Source: a virus
Length of the DNA: 64,000 nucleotides
Virus record (IMG/VR): IMGVR_UViG_3300034200_001896
Location: 1-64,000 of that record
Direction: 5' to 3' (one strand)
Numbering within the stretch: the stretch's first letter is position 1; every line of letters begins with the position of its first letter. The position numbers and the translations under genes are program-made. Of this stretch, positions 57,350 to 64,000 are shown in pieces. The notes beneath the pieces were generated by a model. It saw nothing but the letters and a program-made list of their open reading frames with translations, searched no databases and was not told the DNA's origin.

Positions 57350-57874
57350 ATGAAAGTTCTTGCGCTGTCTGCTAATTATGAGCCTCTTGGTGTTGTCTCT
57401 TGGGAACGGGCTATTACGCTTGTTTATTCAGATAAAGTTTCTGTAGTTGAAGAATATGATTGTTTTGTGCGTTCTCCGTCAGTTCAAGTTAAAATTCCTG
57501 CTGTTGTTGTTTTTAAAAAATCGTTTATAGGTAATAAACGTAATTCTGTTAGATTTTCTCGTAAGAATGTTTGGATTCGTGATGAGGGAAAGTGCCAATA
57601 TTGTCATTTGCATGTTTCTCTTTCTACTTTCACTATTGACCACGTTATTCCAAAAACTCTCGGTGGAAAAACCGTTTGGGATAATGTAGTTGTATGCTGC
57701 TATTCTTGTAATCAAAAAAAGGGCGATAAAAGTTTGAAAGAAGCCGGATTTAAACTATTTAAAGTACCACGGAAGCCATTTAAGTTACCGTATCTACAAG
57801 AAATAACAGATGGACAATACAACTTGGAAAAAAATATTCCCCAAGAGTGGAAATTCTATCTAGAAAGATTTTAA
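57350..57874 (+). CDS. HNH endonuclease (McrA-like)
   Basis: VLALSANYEPL, RDEGKCQYC, TIDHVIP, WDNVVVCCYSCNQKK. Confidence 0.9.
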   Translation: MKVLALSANYEPLGVVSWERAITLVYSDKVSVVEEYDCFVRSPSVQVKIPAVVVFKKSFIGNKRNSVRFSRKNVWIRDEGKCQYCHLHVSLSTFTIDHVIPKTLGGKTVWDNVVVCCYSCNQKKGDKSLKEAGFKLFKVPRKPFKLPYLQEITDGQYNLEKNIPQEWKFYLERF

Positions 57875-58459
57875 ATGAGAATTACTGTTATCGATACTGA
57901 AACAACAGGTCTTGACCTGTTAAAACACGAAATTATTCAAATAGCTGCAATAGAATTAGAACAAGAAGACTGCGGCGATTTAAAGACTATTAAAGAATTT
58001 CAATATAATATTCGACCATTTAATATAAACACCGCTAGTCCAGAAGCGCTTAGGATAAACGGATATAATAAAAATGATTGGGAAGAAGCAAGTTCTTTTT
58101 CTGAAGTTATTGGTCTTTTAAATAATATTTGGGATAATTCTGAGTTATTGCTTGGCCAAAACCTAATTTTTGATTTACGTTTTATAGCAAAACATTATAA
58201 ACGTTATGGTTTTAACTGTCCAAATTTTCCACGTTATATCGACACAAAACACATGGGTAGTCTTTTAGTAAGTGAAGGAGTTATGAAATCAAGCTCCATG
58301 GATAATATGTGTAAGCACTTTAATATAAAATTTAAAGGTAGAGCACATACAGCGTTGACTGATTGCCAAAGAACTGTTACATTGTGGAGACAGCTAGCTA
58401 AGTATGCAGAAGCAAAAAAGTTTTCTTACAAGGAGCCATATAATCCCCATGCAAAATAG
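57875..58459 (+). CDS. DEDDh 3'-5' exonuclease (DnaQ-like)
   Basis: IDTETTGL, GQNLIFD, IDT, AHTALTD. Confidence 0.92.
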   Translation: MRITVIDTETTGLDLLKHEIIQIAAIELEQEDCGDLKTIKEFQYNIRPFNINTASPEALRINGYNKNDWEEASSFSEVIGLLNNIWDNSELLLGQNLIFDLRFIAKHYKRYGFNCPNFPRYIDTKHMGSLLVSEGVMKSSSMDNMCKHFNIKFKGRAHTALTDCQRTVTLWRQLAKYAEAKKFSYKEPYNPHAK

Positions 58460-58867
58460 AATTCAAATGCCCGAGAATCTTTCTCCTAAAGACTTAGACC
58501 GTATCTCTTATGTTTTTTCTAAGATGTCTATGGCTTCCAAGCACGATTTTTTAGCAGCAATGATGGTAGAGTGCCCAAAGCAGTATATAAAAGTCATAGA
58601 AGCCCTTGGAAGCGATTACAAAAAATCTATGGTGCAAGCATGAAAGCTGGTGCTTTAGTTAAAGTTGAAATATTGACACCCGGTTTATCAGTATATTCTT
58701 ATGGTATTTTAGTTGATGATGAAGCTCATGACTTATATGACGGCAGAGAAAAATATAAAAAGATATGGGTTTTTAAATATCCTGAGTCATATGGAGAAAT
58801 GGAGCCTAAAAACATGTTAATTCAAGAAGAACGTATAACTCACATTAAGACGTTTGAGGATTGGTGA
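58449..58867 (+). CDS. Two small ORFs (58449-58643; 58640-58867 SH3-like)
   Basis: Coupled ORFs; AGALVKV...YGIL. Confidence 0.55.
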
Positions 58868-59138
58868 AACTAGATAATAATATGGGTTTTTATACCCATA
58901 AGGAGTCTATATGTTTCTCCCAGCTATAGCTGAAAAGCTAAAGAAAGAAAAAGAAATCACAATCGAAAAGCGTTTAGAACTTCCCAATTATCAAGAACAA
59001 TACGAAGAATATTATAAAAATAAAGAAAAAGAACAACCAAAACAAACAGTTATTCAAATTCAAATACTATAATTAAATAAGAAATTTAAGCTTTAAGAAA
59101 CTACTTATGTCATAGCGCATAGGTAGTTTTTTTATTTT

Positions 59139-60026
59139 ATGGAACTTTTACTAGAAAATATTAGCCACGAAGAACTTAAAAAATATACAAAAGAGTTCTA
59201 TAATTATGCTAAAAAACAATTAAAACTAACACGTACGCCGAAAGTGTTTTTTAAAAAAAATCAATTCAATGCAGATGATTTATTAGGTAAAACTGGTTAT
59301 TATGACCCAGAAAAAGAAGAAATACATTTATATATATCTGATAGACATGCAAAAGATATAATACGTTCTTTCTCACACGAATTAGTACATCATGCACAAA
59401 AATTAGCTGGATTTGATAATAATATCAATTTATCTTTAACTAGTAGCGACCCAGCGTACGCTTCCCACGATGAAGGATTAAGAGAAATGGAACGTGATGC
59501 TTTCGAACGTGGTAATATGATTTTTAGAGATTGGACAGACAACAAAAAACTTGAGAGGAAAAACAACATGGCAGAGCAAAAAAAATTACCAAAAAGTGTA
59601 GTTAAAAAAGGTCATAAAATAGCTAAAAAAATAGAAAAAACCGACAGTGCCGTAAATCCATATGCTGTTGGCATGGCGGCTGCTAAAAAAGAAGCTGGTT
59701 TAACAGAGCTAGAAGATAAAAAGAAAGCAGATTTAAATAAAGACGGTAAAATTTCTTCATATGAAAAAAAGCGTGGAGAAGCTATAGAGAAATCTATAAA
59801 AAAAACAGCTAAAAAGCAAGCAAAAGACGATATGAAAGCTCGCCACGGTAAAGACATTGAAGAACAAGGTGAATATGTTGAAAAACTAGAAGAAAATAAA
59901 AGTCAAGAAATACAACATCCATATCCGCAGCTATTTACCGAAAAAGAGCGTATTCTTAAAGATGTATTTAATAAGCGAGAAGAAGCAATATATCAAGAAT
60001 TAATTAATCGATTCATTAAAAAATAA
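59139..60026 (+). CDS. HExxH metallopeptidase-like protein with EF-hand-like loop
   Basis: SHELVHHAQ...MERDAF; ADLNKDGKISSYE. Confidence 0.7.
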   Translation: MELLLENISHEELKKYTKEFYNYAKKQLKLTRTPKVFFKKNQFNADDLLGKTGYYDPEKEEIHLYISDRHAKDIIRSFSHELVHHAQKLAGFDNNINLSLTSSDPAYASHDEGLREMERDAFERGNMIFRDWTDNKKLERKNNMAEQKKLPKSVVKKGHKIAKKIEKTDSAVNPYAVGMAAAKKEAGLTELEDKKKADLNKDGKISSYEKKRGEAIEKSIKKTAKKQAKDDMKARHGKDIEEQGEYVEKLEENKSQEIQHPYPQLFTEKERILKDVFNKREEAIYQELINRFIKK

Positions 60027-60280
60027 TGGCTAGAGAATTTATTATACAGTTAGATAATACTAGGGCTTCCGGGTCTTTAGCGGGATATTTACCAACGGTT
60101 TCTAATGGTGGTAATACGTATATTTTAACTGTGGCTGATTCTGGAAATACATATTTAGCAAAATATCCCATATACGTGCTTACTCCCATGGGGCAATATA
60201 CAAACACCGTTTTATCATTAAAAAATACTGGTGTACCATATCGATTATTTGTTGGCGATAAAGAAGATAATTTACCTTAA
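60026..60280 (+). CDS. Hypothetical protein
   Basis: Coupled ORF. Confidence 0.6.
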   Translation: MAREFIIQLDNTRASGSLAGYLPTVSNGGNTYILTVADSGNTYLAKYPIYVLTPMGQYTNTVLSLKNTGVPYRLFVGDKEDNLP

Positions 60281-60290
60281 GGATTATATA

Positions 60291-62423
60291 ATGTCAGATT
60301 TATTATTAGAAGGAGGTGTGGCTGGACATATGAACCATTTATACGATAATGGTGATTTGACATTTGCTAAATTAAAAGAAATATTTGCTGCAGCTGCCGA
60401 AGGTAAACTAGAGGGCACAGAAAAAACAGATGGTCAAAATTTGATGATATCTTTCTCTGTCAAAGAGGGAAGAGCTAAAGGTGTTCGTAACAAAGGAGAA
60501 ATTAAGGGAGGCGGATTAACCCCAGAACAATTAGCAGCAAAGTTTGCCGATAGAGCCAACCCAGCACTCAAAGAAACGTTTAGTGATGCTCTACGAGCCT
60601 TTGAAAAGGCTATTCAAGGCTTAGACCACGATGAACAAGTTGAACTTTTCGGTCCTGATACAAACATATATTATAACGCAGAAGTAATGGACCCCAGAGC
60701 CCCAAACGTTATTAATTACGATACAAAAACATTAGTTATTCATCGTGTTGGCCATGGCGAATTTGATAGAGCTACTGGCAAGAAAACAGAAACTGATGTA
60801 ACAGATAAAGCAAAAAAATTAGAAGATATTATTAAAGATTCTCAAGAAAAAGTTAAAGACGAAAATTATGGCTTACAAGTTAATGCCATTAAGAGACTTA
60901 AAGCCCTAAGTGATAAACGTCCATTAAATACTGCCAATAATAAAATTAACGTAATGTTGTCTTCTGTTAATAAATTAATAGGAAATGAACAATTATCTTT
61001 ATCTGATAGTTCTACTATTGATGAATTTATGATGGCAAGAATATATATTCTTTTAAACTCTATACTCAAAAAAGGCGGATATGAAAAAATTGAACCATTA
61101 GTTAAAATGAGTATTGCTAAAAATTTATTAGGCGTTGGCGGAATATCTGCTTTAGATATTAAAAAGAAAATGAGTAAAGAAGAATATGCTTTCGTTAAAG
61201 AAAATATATTAAATAGCGATAGCAAAAAACAAATTTATGTAACCGCCATTCAACCATTAGAAGCTATTGTTAGTGATTTTGCCGTTGATATGCTCCGTGG
61301 AATGAAGAGCGCTTATATATTAGATAATGAAAAAGAAGTTCAACGTTTAAAAAAAGAAGTTCAGGTAGCTATAGATGCCATAGAAAAATCCGGCAATGAA
61401 GAAGCTATGGAAATTCTGAAACGTCAAATGAGTAAATTACGTAGTGCAGATAAAGTTAGCGCCACTGCCGAAGGGTTTGTTTTTGATTATGATGGAGTAA
61501 CATATAAATTTACTGGAAATTTTGCTCCGGTTAATCAAATATTAGGTCTTTTTAAATATGGTAGAGGCTCTGTACCTGCCATGAAGCAGGACTTAGAAGA
61601 AGTATCAAAAAAGCCAAAAGGATTAACAGTAGCAGTTATTCCCGGTGCTTTTAAGCCTCCACATAAAGGCCATTTAGATATGGTTAAACAATATGCCAGA
61701 GAAGCTGACAAGGTTATTGTTTTTATTTCTCCTATGGCCCGTGAATTAGAAGATGGTACACCAGCTACTTTTGATATATCTAAAAAGATTTGGGATATGT
61801 ATTTAAAGGCAGCTGCTCTAACAAATAAAGTAACTGTCATGCAATCGCCTTTTAGTTCTCCGGTTCGTGCTGCTTATGAATTTGTTGGAAATCAAGATAA
61901 TCGTTCTGAATTTGCTCAACCGGGACAAACAGTAATACTTGGCACAAGTACAAAAGGTGGTGACGAAGAACGTTTTGCAAGAGATGCAAAAAAATATGCC
62001 AGAGAAGGTGTTACCGTTATGGTTAAACCTATGCCACCACTAGAATCCTTAAGTGCAACAGATATGAGAAAAGCAATATTTAATAATAATATCGCTGAAT
62101 TAACTAAGTTTTTACCAGACGAGTTAAAAAATAAAGAAACTACTGCTAAAGATATTATTAAACTGTTCAAGCCAGAAGTCAATAAAAAATTATCTGAAAA
62201 TATATTTTATGATATAATTAATGAAACTATTACTAAAAGAGGTGATAAATATTGTCTTGTCTCTAAAAAATCTAAAAAGAATTTAGGATGTTATACAAGT
62301 AAAAGCGGTGCAGAAAAGAGAGAACGTCAAGTACAATATTTTAAACACGCTAAAGAAGAAAATATGGCCGCTGGCTCCGTCGCTGGTTATGGCACTAAAA
62401 TTGAAGATAAAATGGAGTCATAA
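60291..62423 (+). CDS. Fusion of a phage nucleotidyltransferase-like (DUF6267-like) domain and a cytidylyltransferase domain
   Basis: EGGVAGHMNHLYD...TEKTDG...EGFVF..YKFTGNFAPVNQILG; PGAFKPPHKGH...LSATDMR. Confidence 0.75.
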   Translation: MSDLLLEGGVAGHMNHLYDNGDLTFAKLKEIFAAAAEGKLEGTEKTDGQNLMISFSVKEGRAKGVRNKGEIKGGGLTPEQLAAKFADRANPALKETFSDALRAFEKAIQGLDHDEQVELFGPDTNIYYNAEVMDPRAPNVINYDTKTLVIHRVGHGEFDRATGKKTETDVTDKAKKLEDIIKDSQEKVKDENYGLQVNAIKRLKALSDKRPLNTANNKINVMLSSVNKLIGNEQLSLSDSSTIDEFMMARIYILLNSILKKGGYEKIEPLVKMSIAKNLLGVGGISALDIKKKMSKEEYAFVKENILNSDSKKQIYVTAIQPLEAIVSDFAVDMLRGMKSAYILDNEKEVQRLKKEVQVAIDAIEKSGNEEAMEILKRQMSKLRSADKVSATAEGFVFDYDGVTYKFTGNFAPVNQILGLFKYGRGSVPAMKQDLEEVSKKPKGLTVAVIPGAFKPPHKGHLDMVKQYAREADKVIVFISPMARELEDGTPATFDISKKIWDMYLKAAALTNKVTVMQSPFSSPVRAAYEFVGNQDNRSEFAQPGQTVILGTSTKGGDEERFARDAKKYAREGVTVMVKPMPPLESLSATDMRKAIFNNNIAELTKFLPDELKNKETTAKDIIKLFKPEVNKKLSENIFYDIINETITKRGDKYCLVSKKSKKNLGCYTSKSGAEKRERQVQYFKHAKEENMAAGSVAGYGTKIEDKMES

Positions 62424-62424
62424 A

Positions 62425-63294
62425 ATGGAACAAATGCAAGAATTAAGACAATACATTAGAGAAGTTTTACGTAAAATTAAAAAAGACCAAAAACAAGAAT
62501 TACGTAAAGAAGTACGTGAGCAAAGAGAATTACGTAAATTAGTTCGTGTAATGCTAAAAGAAAAGCAAGATACTGTACAACATAGTTCTACTGGTATTAA
62601 TGCATTAGAAAAATTACTTGGTAGTATTGTTCCTATATTAGAAACCGGCTATAAAGATTTAAAAACAGATGCTGCTCAACGTAAATCTTTTAAAGCTCAC
62701 ATTCTTCGTGCAATACAGAACTTATTATCCACCGCTTCAGTATATTTTTCAGCTGATAAAAAAGGTGGAGAACCTACCGCTGCGCCTGCTTTAGCAGTTC
62801 CCCCTGCTAATCTAGAACAACCAGAAGCTGAATTAAAAGAACAAGATGAAGAAGCAGGTCCTGAAACTGACCCACAATTTATTGATATCAATAAAGATAA
62901 AAAAGGTAAAGAAGAAAAAGCTAAAAAAGACCCTGTTAATGCTTTCCAAACCGTTCAAGGAGAAGACTTAACTGGTAGAAACTTTGCTCTTGAAACTTTC
63001 AAGAAAATTCAAAAACAGATTTTGGAAACATATTCTTTATTATCAAACGAACAAGACCGCGAAATATTTTATGATTACTTGCTAACCAACACTAAACTAT
63101 ATTTTGATAAGTTTGAAACTGAATTAGAAGCTACCCCGGCGGAACCCACAACTCCTGAATATGAGGCTGAAAAGGCAAAGAAAGATGCATCATTACAACC
63201 AACAGGCCAAGATGTTGCGGGCTTAGAACAGCCTGTAGAACAACCAGCTGGATTAGAAACTGCTGCAGAGGAATTGCCAGAACCAGAAGTATAA
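62425..63294 (+). CDS. Hypothetical head-associated protein
   Basis: ELRQYIRE/ELRKLVRVMLKE leader; RBS GGAG. Confidence 0.65.
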   Translation: MEQMQELRQYIREVLRKIKKDQKQELRKEVREQRELRKLVRVMLKEKQDTVQHSSTGINALEKLLGSIVPILETGYKDLKTDAAQRKSFKAHILRAIQNLLSTASVYFSADKKGGEPTAAPALAVPPANLEQPEAELKEQDEEAGPETDPQFIDINKDKKGKEEKAKKDPVNAFQTVQGEDLTGRNFALETFKKIQKQILETYSLLSNEQDREIFYDYLLTNTKLYFDKFETELEATPAEPTTPEYEAEKAKKDASLQPTGQDVAGLEQPVEQPAGLETAAEELPEPEV

Positions 63295-63372
63295 AGAAGA
63301 AGGACATGGCGTTCAAACTACACTAGTGAAATTTTCTAGTTAAATCTAAATATTAAAAAGGAATATATAAAA

Positions 63373-63645
63373 ATGAATCCATTAAAACGGAAAAAACTCT
63401 ATCGTCTTGAATTATCTAAGCAAAAAAATAAAACAGAAATTCAAGTTGAACAAAAAGTAACCGTTACTGAACCAATAAAACTTGCTGAAGCAATACAAGA
63501 AACTGCACCGGTTGAAGCTGCTGAATTGCCAATGGGTCTTAAAGTTAGCTTACCAGTAGAAACTTCTACAGAAACTGCAGCAACTGAATCAGTAGTAGAA
63601 AACAAGAAAGAAAAGAAAAAGAAATGGTCTTCACAAGATGCATAA
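63373..63645 (+). CDS. Hypothetical low-complexity protein
   Basis: RBS AAGGA. Confidence 0.55.
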   Translation: MNPLKRKKLYRLELSKQKNKTEIQVEQKVTVTEPIKLAEAIQETAPVEAAELPMGLKVSLPVETSTETAATESVVENKKEKKKKWSSQDA

Positions 63646-63663
63646 TTGTGTTATAGTAGGTTA

Positions 63664-63945
63664 ATGACCACTAAAACATATAAACAAATTGGTGAAGAAA
63701 TTGGTAGTTTAGTAGATGAAAAAAACGCAGCATATGGTAGTTCATTTGCTGAATGTCACAAAATTCTGAGCGTCTTATATCCTAATGGTATCCAACCAGA
63801 ACAATATACAGACGCTCTTGCTATTATAAGAGTAATAGATAAATTATTTAGAATAGCTAATAAGAAAAATGCATTTGGCGAATCTCCATGGAATGATATA
63901 GCAGGATATGCTATATTAGGAGTCGCTAATCATGATAAAAAATAA
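63664..63945 (+). CDS. Nucleotide-modification-associated domain 1 (DUF1599-like) protein
   Basis: KNAAYGSSF...RVIDKLFRI...PWNDIAGYAIL. Confidence 0.75.
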   Translation: MTTKTYKQIGEEIGSLVDEKNAAYGSSFAECHKILSVLYPNGIQPEQYTDALAIIRVIDKLFRIANKKNAFGESPWNDIAGYAILGVANHDKK

Positions 63946-64000
63946 ATATAATAATACTTGTGAAGATTATAGTATTAGTAAAATATTAAGAGAACAAAAA

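Larger units (their letters stand above)
3933..59107. promoter_or_regulatory. Recurrent putative late-promoter motif ACTA(A/C/T)TTA
   Basis: Plus: 3933, 9710, 11962, 15204, 26502, 26813, 54172, 55450, 59100; minus: 43341, 46211; six are 5-6 nt before an ATG. Confidence 0.7.

Noticed and set aside
1-64000. Stop-codon reassignment
   Set aside because: Conserved genes are full length in code 11; TAA, TAG and TGA all end genes at plausible positions; no suppressor tRNA seen
1-64000. Bacterial chromosome origin of the window (groEL, clpP, purA, guaB present)
   Set aside because: No cellular operon context; tail fibres, homing endonucleases, CCA-less tRNA cluster, single-strand gene packing and many phage-type small ORFs indicate a large phage

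Overview
This window looks like a 64-kb segment of a large (jumbo-type) tailed dsDNA bacteriophage genome read in standard code 11, with nearly all genes on the + strand. 1-28.6 kb is AT-rich and holds core and auxiliary genes: DnaE C-terminus, dUTPase, IMPDH/GMPR, ClpP, GroEL, Hsp20, PurA, an ATE1/Bpt-like aminoacyl-tRNA-protein transferase, putative nucleases, tail-fibre proteins and many proteins with a shared N-terminal 'I-x-E' leader. 29.5-34.6 kb is a tandem array of about 21 paralogous ~70-aa SH3/KOW-like ORFs, and about 20 more copies lie elsewhere. 34.6-52.6 kb is visibly richer in G+C and looks like an early or host-takeover region: MoxR AAA+ and VWA-metallopeptidase genes, a Gp88-like gene, small ORFs, and 8 tRNAs (3 atypical) with HNH homing endonucleases. 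The strongest unexplained structure is regulatory. Thirteen promoters share the layout TGTCAC-N6-GTGACA, ~16 nt, TTGCnn, 16-18 nt, -10. Five of them have doubled sites with a mirror-image leftward -35 exactly 15 nt away. Each of the two promoter clusters is preceded by a tandem array of 16-bp TGTCA-N6-TGACA palindromes. Many mRNAs appear leaderless, some gene 3' ends encode the next gene's promoter, and a separate ACTA(A/C/T)TTA motif looks like a late promoter. 52.7-64 kb is AT-rich again: SLT, HNH, DnaQ-like exonuclease, cytidylyltransferase-fusion and NMAD1/DUF1599 genes. All calls come from motif recognition by eye; no database searches were run.
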